This document shows positions 26,418-36,899 of a stretch of 64,000 nt of DNA, piece by piece. Location of the stretch: the NCBI GenBank assembly GCA_963698885.1, contig CAVOSJ010000003.1, positions 361,250 to 425,249 on the forward strand. The letters run 5' to 3'. Below the pieces are notes generated by a model. That model saw only the letters and a list, made by a program, of their open reading frames with translations. It was not told the DNA's origin and ran no database searches. The DNA comes from Nitrospirota bacterium. GTDB taxonomy: Bacteria; Nitrospirota; JACRHJ01. Each line of letters starts with the position of its first letter. Position 1 is the stretch's first letter. The translations under genes were made by a program, and so were the position numbers.

Positions 26418-27783
26418 CCTTGCCGTCGTTGCCCTGTCTTTCATTGCGCCCGCATACGGCCATGCGGCGGCTGGTCCCGACCTCACCATATTCTTTTCCA
26501 GCGATACGCGGGGGATGATAAGGCGGTGCGGATGCACGGACGGTCAGTTGGGCGGCCTCTCCTCCAGGGCGAGCTATATAAAATCGCACAGCAATGACAG
26601 GACGCTCGTACTTGACGCGGGCGACACGCTTTTCGACGGCCTCGATGACCCCAGGGACCGGAAAGAGTTTTACGACTTAAAGGCCACACTGCTAATGACG
26701 GCGCTCAGGCAGTCTGAATACGACGCGTTATTGCCCGGAGAGTACGACCTTGAGTTCGGCCTGGAGTTCCTGAGGAAAAAGGCTTCGGAAACCGGTAATA
26801 AAATAATCTGCGCAAACCTCGAAACAACCGGCACAGGCCAACCGGGCGCGGCTTTCGCAAGCTCTTTGATTAAAAAGGTCGGAGCGGTAAGGGTCGGGAT
26901 AACCGGCGTCATGGACGATAAATTCCCTTATGCCTCGTTCCCGTCCATCTTCAAAAATATTCGCGTGAAAGACCCTCTTGCGTCCGCGAAGGGGCAGGTC
27001 GAAGTTTTAAGAAAAAATACGGACGTGGTGGTGTGCCTCGCGCACCTGAGCGTCTCCGACCCGGAAAAATTCGTAAAAGAATCCGGTGCGGACGTCGTAA
27101 TACTGGGGCACGGCGGCGACGGCCTGAATGAGCCTGCAAAATACGGGAATACCCTGGTCGTGAAAGGTTTCTACAGAGGGAAGCAGATCGGCAGATTGGA
27201 CCTGTGGCTAAACAAGCGGGATGGAAGTAAAATAAAAGACTATAAATATGAAGCGGTGAGTCTCGGCGAAGACGTCCCGCCGGACCCGGCGGTCGAGAAG
27301 CTGATAGCGGATTACAAACAGGAACTGAAAAAGAAAAGGTTCGTTTTCACGGACAGGACCGGGTTAAAAGGAAATTTCGCGGGGCCGGACAAATGCAAGA
27401 AATGCCATGCCAGGTCTTTCGTCAACTGGTCTTCAACCGGCCATGCAAAGGCCTTTGCCGCGCTTGAGAAGACGGGCGACCAGTACGACCCGGAGTGCCT
27501 GCCCTGCCACGTTACCGGATATGCTCTACCGACCGGCTACAGCGGAAAGGATGATTTAAGGAACGTAACCTGCGAGGATTGCCATGGGGCCGCCGGAGTC
27601 CATTGCAAGACCATGAGGCCGGGGGATATGAAGCAAGCGGCCGTTCCCCGGAAAGGTAATATTTTCCGCCGGGTCAAAGAAAAAGTCTGCACAGGCTGCC
27701 ACGACGACTACAACAGCCCGGAGTTCGATTTCAAAAAATTCAAGGAAATGGGCGGAGCCCACAGAGGCAGCATTGGACCTTAA
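26383..27783 (+). CDS. Secreted fusion protein: N-terminal 5'-nucleotidase/calcineurin-like phosphoesterase-like domain plus C-terminal tetraheme cytochrome c
   Basis: Signal peptide [29 protein letters not shown] phosphoesterase motif ([10 protein letters not shown]), but the first metal motif is degenerate (SSDTRG). Four CxxCH sites (CKKCH, CLPCH, CEDCH, CTGCH) in the last 140 aa. Confidence 0.65.
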   Translation: MRPISWGKYWLSLAVVALSFIAPAYGHAAAGPDLTIFFSSDTRGMIRRCGCTDGQLGGLSSRASYIKSHSNDRTLVLDAGDTLFDGLDDPRDRKEFYDLKATLLMTALRQSEYDALLPGEYDLEFGLEFLRKKASETGNKIICANLETTGTGQPGAAFASSLIKKVGAVRVGITGVMDDKFPYASFPSIFKNIRVKDPLASAKGQVEVLRKNTDVVVCLAHLSVSDPEKFVKESGADVVILGHGGDGLNEPAKYGNTLVVKGFYRGKQIGRLDLWLNKRDGSKIKDYKYEAVSLGEDVPPDPAVEKLIADYKQELKKKRFVFTDRTGLKGNFAGPDKCKKCHARSFVNWSSTGHAKAFAALEKTGDQYDPECLPCHVTGYALPTGYSGKDDLRNVTCEDCHGAAGVHCKTMRPGDMKQAAVPRKGNIFRRVKEKVCTGCHDDYNSPEFDFKKFKEMGGAHRGSIGP

Positions 27784-28573
27784 AAAAAACATCATAACGC
27801 TTACGACGGATTTCGGGACAAGGGATTACTTCTCAGGTGCGATGAAAGGGGTTATACTTGGCATAAACCCCGAAGCGCGCATCGTCGACATCTCGCACGA
27901 GGTAGCTTCACACGATATCTGGGGTGCGGCCTATTTATTGGGAGCGGCTTACGAATATTTTCCGCAGTACACGATCCACGTGGTGGTGGTAGACCCTGGC
28001 GTGGGAAGCCAGAGGAGGCCGGTGCTCGCGGTGACGGACAAGCATTATTTTATCGCTCCGGACAACGGTGTGCTTTCTTTCATATATGCCGACCCCGGCT
28101 TCTCAAAAGTGATACACCTGACCGCGGACCACTACTTCCGCGAGGGGCAGGGCAGCACCTTTAACGCGAGGGACGTATTCGCGCCAGCGGCGGCATGGCT
28201 GTCCAAGGGAATCGAAGCGGATAATTTCGGCGAAGAAATTACGGATTATGTGCGGTTTAATATCCCCTGCTCACGGAAAGAAAGTAACGAAGTGGCAGGC
28301 GAGATCGTCTATATTGATAAGTTCGGCAACGCCATTACAAACATAAAGTCCACGGACGTCGAGCCGTTTTCCGCGGAAGGCGGGGGATACAGTATCGAGA
28401 CGGGCCAGTTGAAGCTGAATGCGGTTTCGCCTTTTTATTCGGCGCTAAAAAAAGGGGAGCCGGGGGCTGTAATCAACGGCGGGGGCTTCTTAGAGATATT
28501 CATCTGTCAGGGCGATGCCAGGAAGAGTTACGGGTTCAAAAGAGGCGACAAGGTTTATGTCAAGAAGGCATAA
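27773..28573 (+). CDS. SAM hydroxide adenosyltransferase family protein (DUF62 / SAM hydrolase, fluorinase-like fold)
   Basis: N-terminal ITLTTDFGTRDYFSGAMKGVI and DPGVG motifs typical of DUF62. Confidence 0.7.
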   Translation: MDLKKNIITLTTDFGTRDYFSGAMKGVILGINPEARIVDISHEVASHDIWGAAYLLGAAYEYFPQYTIHVVVVDPGVGSQRRPVLAVTDKHYFIAPDNGVLSFIYADPGFSKVIHLTADHYFREGQGSTFNARDVFAPAAAWLSKGIEADNFGEEITDYVRFNIPCSRKESNEVAGEIVYIDKFGNAITNIKSTDVEPFSAEGGGYSIETGQLKLNAVSPFYSALKKGEPGAVINGGGFLEIFICQGDARKSYGFKRGDKVYVKKA

Positions 28574-28597
28574 CTAAATCATTTCCGGGGGAGAGCG

Positions 28598-28963
28598 ATG
28601 TCCAAAAAAATCCTTGTTGTCGATGACGAGATGCATATCCTGAGGATCGTCAAGTATAAGCTGGAGTCCGCCGGATATGACGTGCTTACCGCGCTAAACG
28701 GGACCGAGGCGCTTAAGCTCGCGCGCGAGGAGAGACCGGCCCTGATATTCCTGGACATCATGATGCCCGGCATGAACGGTTACGAGGTATGCTCTCAGCT
28801 CAAAAACGACCCGGATACCAAGGATATAATCATCATCATGCTGACGGCTAAAGGGCAGGAGTCCGACAAGATAAAGGGCCTGGAGGTCGGAGTGGACGAA
28901 TATATAACCAAGCCTTTCTCGCCCCAGGACCTCCTGGACAGGACGAAAGACCTTTTAGGTTAG
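28598..28963 (+). CDS. Single-domain response regulator (CheY-like receiver)
   Basis: DD acidic pocket (VVDDE), phospho-acceptor D in FLDIMMP, T (LTA) and K (KP) residues; 121 aa. Confidence 0.8.
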   Translation: MSKKILVVDDEMHILRIVKYKLESAGYDVLTALNGTEALKLAREERPALIFLDIMMPGMNGYEVCSQLKNDPDTKDIIIIMLTAKGQESDKIKGLEVGVDEYITKPFSPQDLLDRTKDLLG

Positions 28964-28971
28964 TGGGCGGG

Positions 28972-30289
28972 ATGAAAAGTTTTAAAATCCTGACCTTCGG
29001 CTGCCAGATGAACGAGCACGACTCCGAGAAGATGGCCGGTCTCCTGAAGGCTGAAGGCTACCATGAATCAGATCGGTTGGAAGACGCCGGCCTGATCCTG
29101 ATAAATACATGCAGCATCCGCGAAAAGGCGGAGCAGAAATTCTACAGTGAAATTGGAAAGCTCCGAAAGCTCAAAGAAATAAATCCTTCTCTGAAGATAG
29201 CCGTATCCGGCTGCATAGCCCAGCAGGAGGGAAAATCCATCCTGAAGCGCGCGCCCTATGTGGACGTCATCCTGGGGAACCAGAACATCGAAAAGCTGCC
29301 GTCCCTGATTAACGAAGCCTCCCGCAGGTCGCCCGCCAGCACCGACTTCACCGATGGCTACGAACATATTACCATCCCCGGCGCGCGGGATGGCGCCGTA
29401 ACTTCTTTCGTTAATGTCATGTACGGCTGCGACAACTTCTGCAGTTATTGCGTGGTGCCGTTCGTTCGGGGCCGCGAGAAGAGCAGGAGGCCGGAAGACA
29501 TTATCCTGGAAATAGAAGCCCTCGTGCAATCCGGATGCAGGGAAGTTACATTACTCGGCCAGAATGTTAATTCGTACGGGAAAAAAACAGGGGGGACGGG
29601 CGGAGTTCTGCGACTTTTCCGCCCTTCTCGAAATGATAAATAATATAGAAGGTCTTGAGAGGATAAGGTTCGTCACCTCGCACCCCAAGGACCTGTCACA
29701 CTCTCTTGTGGATGCCATGGCGAAGCTTCCGAAAGTCTGCAACGCGATACATCTGCCGCTCCAGTCCGCATCCGACAGCGTGCTCGCCCGGATGAACCGG
29801 AAATATGATTTTGCCGGTTATATGGAAAAGCTGAACAGGCTTAAAAATGCCGTGCCCGATTTAGCCGTGTCAACGGACGTCATCGTCGGGTTCCCCGGGG
29901 AGACGGAGGATGACTTCCAGGCAACGGTACGGGCGCTGTTGGATGTTCGCTACGACAGCATATTTGCCTTTAAATATTCGAGAAGGCCCAATACCGCCGC
30001 GCTGAAGCTGCCGGGCCATCTGCCTGAAGGCGTGAAGTCCTCGCGGCTGGACGTGGTGCTGGAGCTACAGAACCGCATAATGCAGGAAAAAATATATGCG
30101 CGGGTAGGGCTTATCGAGGAGGTATTGGTCGAAGGCCCGGATAAGTCCGGCGAACCGGACAGGCTTTCCGGCAAGAGCAGGCAAGGGAAAATCGTTAATT
30201 TTCAGGGTCCTCGGTTGCTCGTCGGAAAGCTCGTGCGCGTTAAAATTACCGAGGGGAAGAAGCATTCGTTAATCAGGGAAATAATTTAA
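28972..30289 (+). CDS. miaB: tRNA-i6A37 methylthiotransferase MiaB, interrupted by a +1 frameshift in the G6 run at 29590-29595
   Basis: MTTase N-terminal domain, radical SAM CDNFCSYC and TRAM domain. The first ORF ends ...GKKTGGTGGVLRLF.... The continuation GRAEFCDFSALLEMINNIEGLERIRF is +1 (ORF 29564-30289). Confidence 0.85.
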
Positions 30290-30294
30290 TATTT

Positions 30295-31551
30295 ATGAAA
30301 TTTCACATAAAATCACTCGGCTGCAAGATAAACCAGTTCGACGCGGCGGCGCTTGGCGAGACCCTTTCAGCCAAGGGCGGGGAGGCTGTCGCGCTGGCGG
30401 CGGATGCGGACGTACAGGTAATTTTCACCTGCACCGTGACCGGCAAGAGCGACTATCAGTGCCGGCAGGAAATACGCCGTGCGGTAAAGGCAAAGGGATA
30501 TGGAGCGGTAGTGCTGGTCACCGGATGTTATGCCCAGACCGCGCCGGAGGTCATTAAGAAGATAGACGGCGTGGACGCGGTCATAGGGAACGAAAAACAG
30601 GAGAGCATTCCGGATATAATTGGCGGCAGGTTCGGCTTTTCCTCGGAAAAAGCGGGTATTTTCGGAGCGCAGGCCATCGGCGGCAGGACGAGGGCATTCC
30701 TTAAGGCGCAGGAAGGATGCGACTCCTTCTGCTCGTATTGCATAGTCCCGTACGCGCGCGGCCGCTCCCGGAGCGCAAAACTCGATGATGTTCTGGCGAA
30801 GGCGGACGGGTTGATAGCAAACGGATATCATGAGATCGTGCTCACCGGAGTGCACCTTGGGGCATACGGAAAAGATATCGGGGATTTACGGCTCTCGCTC
30901 CTGGTATCCTCACTGCTGGACAGGCCGGGGCTTGGAAGGCTGCGCCTTAGCTCAATAGAGCCGATGGAGATAGACGGGCCTCTGCTTGAGCTTATGGGAT
31001 CTAAAAAATTTTGCCGGCATCTTCATGTGCCGCTTCAACATGCAAACGACAATGTTCTGGCTTCCATGGGCAGGGGATATACATGGGACGATTATTTAAA
31101 GACCATAAAAAGGATTGAAAAGGCCGCGCCCGGCGCCTGTATCGGGGCGGACGTTATTGTCGGGTACCCCGAGGAAGATGCCGACGCCTTCGAAGAGACG
31201 CTGAGACGGGTCGAAGACTCGCCCATAAATTATCTCCACGTATTCAGCTACTCCCCAAGGAGCCGTACGAAGGCGTACGGGATGGGGGATACCGTAAAGG
31301 GAGACGTGAAACGGGAGAGGAGCGAAAGGCTCCGCGAACTGGGAAAGAAAAAAAACCTGGAGTTTCGGCGCTCCCTTGTCGGAAGGGTAATGGAAGTCGT
31401 CGTAGAGGAAAAAAATGGGACTTATTCCGGCCTGACGGACAACTATGTCCGGGTCGGCTTCGATGGCGAAAACATACCTTCCGGAAGGCCCGTTAAGGTT
31501 AAAATAACGGGAACTAATGAGAATTCAACTAGGGGACAGATTGATGGCTAA
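30295..31551 (+). CDS. MiaB-like methylthiotransferase paralog (MtaB/RimO-like)
   Basis: MTTase N-domain cysteines, radical SAM CDSFCSYC, C-terminal TRAM-like segment; 418 aa. Confidence 0.7.
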   Translation: MKFHIKSLGCKINQFDAAALGETLSAKGGEAVALAADADVQVIFTCTVTGKSDYQCRQEIRRAVKAKGYGAVVLVTGCYAQTAPEVIKKIDGVDAVIGNEKQESIPDIIGGRFGFSSEKAGIFGAQAIGGRTRAFLKAQEGCDSFCSYCIVPYARGRSRSAKLDDVLAKADGLIANGYHEIVLTGVHLGAYGKDIGDLRLSLLVSSLLDRPGLGRLRLSSIEPMEIDGPLLELMGSKKFCRHLHVPLQHANDNVLASMGRGYTWDDYLKTIKRIEKAAPGACIGADVIVGYPEEDADAFEETLRRVEDSPINYLHVFSYSPRSRTKAYGMGDTVKGDVKRERSERLRELGKKKNLEFRRSLVGRVMEVVVEEKNGTYSGLTDNYVRVGFDGENIPSGRPVKVKITGTNENSTRGQIDG

Positions 31552-32539
31552 AGCGTTTTCCCTTTTTTCGGGCGGCCTGGACAGCATGCTGGCGGCAAGG
31601 GCGATAATGGAACAGGGCGTGGAAGTGACCGCGCTCCATTTCATTACCCCCTTCTTCGGGTACGACAGCAAGGGCAGGGAGGCTTGGGCTGCCGAAAATT
31701 TCAAAAAGAAATATGAAATCGACGTGCGCATTCTGGATGTATCACAGGAATATATCGAGATGGTCCGGAAGCCGGTTTACGGCTACGGCAAGAATTTCAA
31801 CCCCTGCCTCGACTGCAAGATATTTATGATGAGGAAGGCGAAGGAGATAATGCTGGCGGAGGGCGCTGATTTTTTAATATCCGGCGAGGTACTAGGCCAG
31901 AGGCCGATGTCTCAGAGAAGGGACGCCATGAGCATAGTGGAGCGGGATTCAGGACTAAAGGGCTACCTCTTGCGGCCGTTATGCGCGAAGCTGCTGCCGC
32001 CGACAATCCCGGAGCAGAAGGGACATGTGGACAGAGAAAAATTGTACGGTTTCTCCGGCCGCTCCCGCAGGCCCCAGATGGAGCTGGCGGAAAGGTTCGG
32101 GATACAGGATTATGCGTCACCCGCCGGAGGGTGCGTCCTGACGGACCCAATTCTCTCCAAAAGGGTGCGGGAACTCCTTTTGAAAGAGGGTGAGGTCAGC
32201 GCGCGGGACGTCCAGATCCTGTCGGTGGGAAGGCTTTTTAAGTTCCCATCCGGAACCCTGAGGGTGGGTCGAAACGAGAGAGATAACGATAAACTCGCAG
32301 CCCTCGCGAGGGAGGGAGACGTTATAATAAGTACAAGGGATTTCCCTGGGCCGGTTTCGCTTTTCAGAGGAAAACCGACTAAAGACGACCTTGAACTGGC
32401 CGCAAGGATTACGGCAAGGTATTCGGACGCCAAGGGCATCGATTCCGTCGCGGTAAGTTTTACATCCGGTATGGATGAAACGGTTCTCTGGGTGAGCCCT
32501 GCACCTGGCGAACTGGTCGAGGAACTGAAATCCAACTGA
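31544..32539 (+). CDS. PP-loop ATP pyrophosphatase family protein (ThiI-like sulfurtransferase core, no THUMP domain)
   Basis: SGGLDS PP-loop at the N-terminus, ThiI-like GEVLGQRPMSQ motif, CxxC (NPCLDCK). Confidence 0.5.
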   Translation: MAKAFSLFSGGLDSMLAARAIMEQGVEVTALHFITPFFGYDSKGREAWAAENFKKKYEIDVRILDVSQEYIEMVRKPVYGYGKNFNPCLDCKIFMMRKAKEIMLAEGADFLISGEVLGQRPMSQRRDAMSIVERDSGLKGYLLRPLCAKLLPPTIPEQKGHVDREKLYGFSGRSRRPQMELAERFGIQDYASPAGGCVLTDPILSKRVRELLLKEGEVSARDVQILSVGRLFKFPSGTLRVGRNERDNDKLAALAREGDVIISTRDFPGPVSLFRGKPTKDDLELAARITARYSDAKGIDSVAVSFTSGMDETVLWVSPAPGELVEELKSN

Positions 32540-32566
32540 AAAAAATCAAGGGGAGGCAAAGCTGAG

Positions 32567-33247
32567 ATGAAACTTCAACTAAAGCAATTCATGATATTGA
32601 TTTCGCTTGCAATTATATTTGCAGGATGTTCCACCGCCAGGACGAATATCTCCTATGACGCAGGCCAGGGACAGGTTGCAATGATCCCTAAACCCGTAGT
32701 AGGGACGCTCCTGCCGGTCGTGGACGCGAGGCAGGGGACGCGGCCGTATCCGAAGCAGGTGATCAGGCATACCGACTACAGCGGGAACGTCAGCTCCGGG
32801 ATTAACGATAAGGATGTCGAAGACGTATTCCGGGATTCCCTGGAGGCGGAACTTGGCAGACTGGGCGTCAAGATGGTCAGGACGCAGTTGAAGACGCCTC
32901 TTGACAAGGAAAGCGCCGCAGAGGTCCGGAAAGAGATGATGGATAGATACCCCACCGTGCAGGTGGTTTTCGGGGCGAAGGTCCTGGAATTCATGGCGGA
33001 CTCCAAAAAGACGCTGATAGGTAATGACGTTCACGTCTCCGGCGCGATTCAGTTCTATGTGCTGGATGTGAAGACCGGGGATGTGCTCTGGTCGGATTAC
33101 AAGACGGACTGGGACGACAAAGTCGCCTCCGCTGATCGCGATAAGATGATCGAACAGCTCGATAATGCTCTTTCCAGTCTCATGCAAAAGAGCGTTCGAG
33201 ATAACCTGTCTTTACGGGACTTGCTTGTAAAAATATCGAGCCGTTAG
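32567..33247 (+). CDS. Putative lipoprotein (226 aa), function unknown
   Basis: Signal peptide with lipobox-like IFAGC|S. No recognisable domain. Confidence 0.5.
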   Translation: MKLQLKQFMILISLAIIFAGCSTARTNISYDAGQGQVAMIPKPVVGTLLPVVDARQGTRPYPKQVIRHTDYSGNVSSGINDKDVEDVFRDSLEAELGRLGVKMVRTQLKTPLDKESAAEVRKEMMDRYPTVQVVFGAKVLEFMADSKKTLIGNDVHVSGAIQFYVLDVKTGDVLWSDYKTDWDDKVASADRDKMIEQLDNALSSLMQKSVRDNLSLRDLLVKISSR

Positions 33248-33490
33248 AATTTTGACAAAATTTTTAATACTTTAAAAACTTTCGTCATTTCAATGACAAC
33301 GGTAATACGGTGTCGTCAGATTAATAAGTGCTTATATTTTTTAATGATGCTTAATTTTTAAGCAGCATGTCCGGGCTGTTACAGGGAGCGGGATTGGCTT
33401 ATTTTCAACAGCCTTTTCAACAGATTTTCCACAGTAGTTGTGGATTGGAAAGCTAACCCAAGGAAAAGACTGGAAATTTCAAAAGTGCGG

Positions 33491-34558
33491 CTAAAATGTC
33501 TTTAAAATTGAATACTTGGTATTTCGCTGAGCGGGAGTAAAACCAGCATTCCTAATAAGATATACAATGTCACTCATATCTAAGCGGTTTTTTATTCCTG
33601 TAGCCGCTACGACGTTCTCTTCGAGCATAGTACTCCCGAAATCATTCGCTCCGAACCTGAGGGCCGCCTGGGCCATTGCAGCCCCCTGGGTGACCCACGA
33701 TGCCTGCACATTGGGGATATTGTCCAGGAACAGCCGGGAGAACGCCAGGACCCGCAGGTATTCGATTCCGGTCGCGGTCTTTCCGCCAAGCTCGGTATTG
33801 CCCGGCTGGTAGGTCCAGGGGATGAAGGCGGTAAAGCCCTGGTGCACGTCCTGCATCTCGCGTACCCGGAAAAGGTGCTCCACGATGTCCTCGGAACGCT
33901 CCACCCCTCCGAACATCATCGTCGCGGTAGTGGGAAAGCCTAGTTCCTGGGCCGTCAGCATCACTTCCCGCCAGCCCTCATATGTGATCTTCTTAGGGCT
34001 TACCTCTCCCCGGACGCTGTCCACCAGTATCTCCGCCCCACCACCAGGGATGGAATCCAATCCGGCCGTCCGGAGCAAAAGCAAAGCTTCCCTGATGGTT
34101 AGAGCTGAATTCTTCGCAATATGCTTTATCTCAGCAGGCGAAAGTCCATGAATATTGACGGAAAACCTGTCTTTTATCCCGGAGAAGAGCCGCTGGTAGT
34201 AGGAGATGTCGAGTTTCGGGTGAAGCCCTCCCTGGATGAGTATCTGCGTGCCGCCGACCTCGACGGTCTCCTTCACTTTTTGAAAGATATCGCTATCAGG
34301 CAGGAGGTAGCTCTCGGGGTCTTCCTCCGTCCTGTAGAAAGCGCAGAACTTGCACTGGTTTACACATACGTTCGTGTAATTTATGTTCCTGTCCACGATA
34401 AAGGTGACGATGCCCTCTGGATGCAGGCGCTTCCTCGCCATATCCGCTGCCCTGCCGAGTGTTAAGAGGTCTGAGTTGAGGAAAATTAAAATACCCTCGT
34501 CCTTTGTCAGACGCTTTCCGCCCGCCGCTTTTTTAATAAGTGCCTTCATTGGTCCCAA
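33491..34558 (-). CDS. Radical SAM futalosine-pathway enzyme (MqnC/MqnE family paralog)
   Basis: CVNQCKFCAF cluster; family-typical HPK, GGGAE and TATMMFG motifs; 355 aa. Confidence 0.7.
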   Translation of the reverse strand: MGPMKALIKKAAGGKRLTKDEGILIFLNSDLLTLGRAADMARKRLHPEGIVTFIVDRNINYTNVCVNQCKFCAFYRTEEDPESYLLPDSDIFQKVKETVEVGGTQILIQGGLHPKLDISYYQRLFSGIKDRFSVNIHGLSPAEIKHIAKNSALTIREALLLLRTAGLDSIPGGGAEILVDSVRGEVSPKKITYEGWREVMLTAQELGFPTTATMMFGGVERSEDIVEHLFRVREMQDVHQGFTAFIPWTYQPGNTELGGKTATGIEYLRVLAFSRLFLDNIPNVQASWVTQGAAMAQAALRFGANDFGSTMLEENVVAATGIKNRLDMSDIVYLIRNAGFTPAQRNTKYSILKTF

Positions 34559-35622
34559 ACCTTTAACCGGCGGTAGAAAGTATCCCGCTCGACCGGCACC
34601 TTGCCGGCTTTTTTTATGATATAGGTTATATCCTCGACGGTCATCACCTCTTTGCTCTCGGCCCCCGCGTCGTGGGCTATCTTTTCCTCGATCACCGTGC
34701 CATCCAGATCGTCCGCGCCGAAAAGCAGGCAGGTCTGGGCGAGCTTTTCACCCGTCATTATCCAGTATGCCTTGATGTGGTCGAAGTTATCCAGGTAAAG
34801 CCTGGAGACCGCGACCGTCCGGAGGATGTCCAGGCCGCTTATGGGGTGCGTCTTCTCTATCCTCGTATTCTTCGGGTGGAAGGGGAGGGGGATAAAGGCG
34901 AGGAACCCACCTGTCTTGTCCTGAAGAGTCCGGAGCCTCCGAAGATGGTCCGCCCTGTCCTCAAAGGACTCCAGATGGCCGAAGAGCATGGTCGCGGTAG
35001 TCCTGATGCCGAGTTTATGCGCCGTCTCCATTATGCTCAGCCAGCGCCTGCCGTCTATTTTTTCCGGACAGAGCTGGCCGCGTACCTTTTGCCTGAATAT
35101 CTCCGCTCCGCCGCCGGGCATGGAGTCCAGCCCGGCCTCTCGAAGTTCTTTAAGTATTTTATTAACTTTAAGACTGGAAAGCTTTGATAAATAATCGATT
35201 TCAACTGCAGTAAGTGCTTTTATCGAAACGCCCGGAACCTCGTTTTTTAACGCCTGAAACAGCTCTTTATAAAAATCCAGGCCCATTTCCGGGTTTAAGC
35301 CGCCTACAATATGGAACTCGCTTACCTTTCCCCGGACCTGTCTGGCCATTTCTGCCATTTGGGGAATAGTGTAAAAGTAGGCGCCTTTCTCCCCGGCGCT
35401 ACGGCTGAACGCGCAGAACTTGCAGCGATTAATACAAATATTTCCGGGGTTTATGTGCCGATTCTTTATAAAGTGGACGAACTTTTTATTCTTCTTCTCG
35501 CTCACCTTGTTTGCCAGCTCTCCGAGCGAAAAGATATCCTCGGTGCGCAGGAGTTCCACTGCCTCCGCCTCGGATAACCTCCCGCCGGAGGATAGCTTGC
35601 TTTTAAGCGCCTTAAAATCCAT
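34546..35622 (-). CDS. Radical SAM futalosine-pathway enzyme (MqnE/MqnC family paralog)
   Basis: CINRCKFCAF cluster; GGLNPE, GGGAE and TATMLFGH motifs; 358 aa. Confidence 0.7.
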   Translation of the reverse strand: MDFKALKSKLSSGGRLSEAEAVELLRTEDIFSLGELANKVSEKKNKKFVHFIKNRHINPGNICINRCKFCAFSRSAGEKGAYFYTIPQMAEMARQVRGKVSEFHIVGGLNPEMGLDFYKELFQALKNEVPGVSIKALTAVEIDYLSKLSSLKVNKILKELREAGLDSMPGGGAEIFRQKVRGQLCPEKIDGRRWLSIMETAHKLGIRTTATMLFGHLESFEDRADHLRRLRTLQDKTGGFLAFIPLPFHPKNTRIEKTHPISGLDILRTVAVSRLYLDNFDHIKAYWIMTGEKLAQTCLLFGADDLDGTVIEEKIAHDAGAESKEVMTVEDITYIIKKAGKVPVERDTFYRRLKVWDQ

Positions 35623-36863
35623 AGCTTATATATCCATCCGTTGAATGAAGAGGTTTTCCCTGAACTATGGTTGCGGAGATATCTTCTTTCCGAGTCTCCA
35701 TGAGCAGGGGGTAATATGGGTCTTTTTCCTTTGCGGCGTCAGTATTAATGGCTATAAGGTCCGCCTCCTTGCCCGGCTCTAAGGAACCGGTCAACCGTTC
35801 CAGTCCGAGGGCCCTGCGCTCCGTTTATAGTAGCCATCTCGATCAGCTTCTTTGCCGGAAGGCGGGAAACTAAGTAGGCAAACCGCATCTCTTCCCAGAG
35901 GTCGAGGTCGATATTGCTTGCCAGGCTGTCGGTCCCGATGGCCAGGTTAATCCCTGCCTGGGCCATATCTTCCACAGGCGCCTTCCCGACTCCCAGGAAA
36001 TAGTTGCTCCTGGGGCAGAATACGCACGAAATCCCATTTTTGGCCATTAATTTTATATCGGGGCCGCTGAGGTGTACGCAGTGGACGGCCGTGAAGTTGT
36101 TAAGCCCGGATTGGTTAAGGAAACCCAGCGGCGATTTTGATTTTTCCTTTTTAATGCCTTTCCATCCGAAATGTTCCAGATACCCGTCAAGGTCGGAGGA
36201 TTTCCCGTTTATATAGAGCTTTTCATGTTCTGTTTCAGATAGATGTACCTGAATAGGTAAACTATTATCTGAAGTATAACCTGATATTTTATTGATTAAT
36301 AGAGGAGAAACAGAATAAGCCGAATGCGGGGAGACTCCTGGGGTAATAAGGTTTGATAAGTCCTTAAGTTTTCCCAGCCTCTTCTTCAAGGCTTCAAAAA
36401 TCTGTTCCGACTTTTGCTCTTCGGGGCCTAAGACCTCCAGGAATGCCACCGCCCGGAGACCGCTTTTAGCGAGCATGGGAAGCGCGGCCTCGGTGGAGGA
36501 GATGTCTCCTACACAGGTAGTGCCCGATGTTAAAAGCTCAATCAGTGAAGACCTGACCGCTTGTTCAAGATTTTTTGTGCCGAGCCTGCGCCTGGTTTCC
36601 ACCAGTTCTATTATCCAGTCGAAAAACTCGCGGCGTTCACCGATCTTTCCCTTCAGTTGGGAGAGTTCGAGGTGGGTATGGGCATTTATCAGCCCGGGCA
36701 TAACCAGGCGGTCATCGAGGTCAACGACCTTCTCCGCCGGATATTTTTTTAATATAACCTTTTCCTTGCCCAGAGCGATTATTTTGCTGCCCTGAATGAC
36801 GATAGCGCCGTAATCAATGGGCGGGCTGGTTACAGGCAGAAGCTTTCGTGCTCGAATTATCAA
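35612..36863 (-). CDS. Amidohydrolase (aminofutalosine deaminase / MTA-SAH deaminase-like), interrupted by a +1 frameshift near 35819-35825
   Basis: Metal-binding HTHLE N-terminus. The main ORF ends ...ATINGAQGPRTGTV.... The true C-terminus ALGLERLTGSLEPGKEADLIAINTD is in the +1 frame (ORF 35612-35794). An extra C/G in the gggccc run. Confidence 0.65.
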
Positions 36864-36899
36864 CTATAACGTCCCATAAGATATATTATGTAAACTAAT

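Noticed and set aside
33248-33490. AT-rich convergent intergenic region with short hairpins (gtcatt-tc-aatgac; gcttaa-ttt-ttaagc), considered as an sRNA or terminators
   Set aside because: The hairpins are short, AT-rich and not followed by U-tracts on either strand. There is no conserved motif that can be named from the sequence alone.
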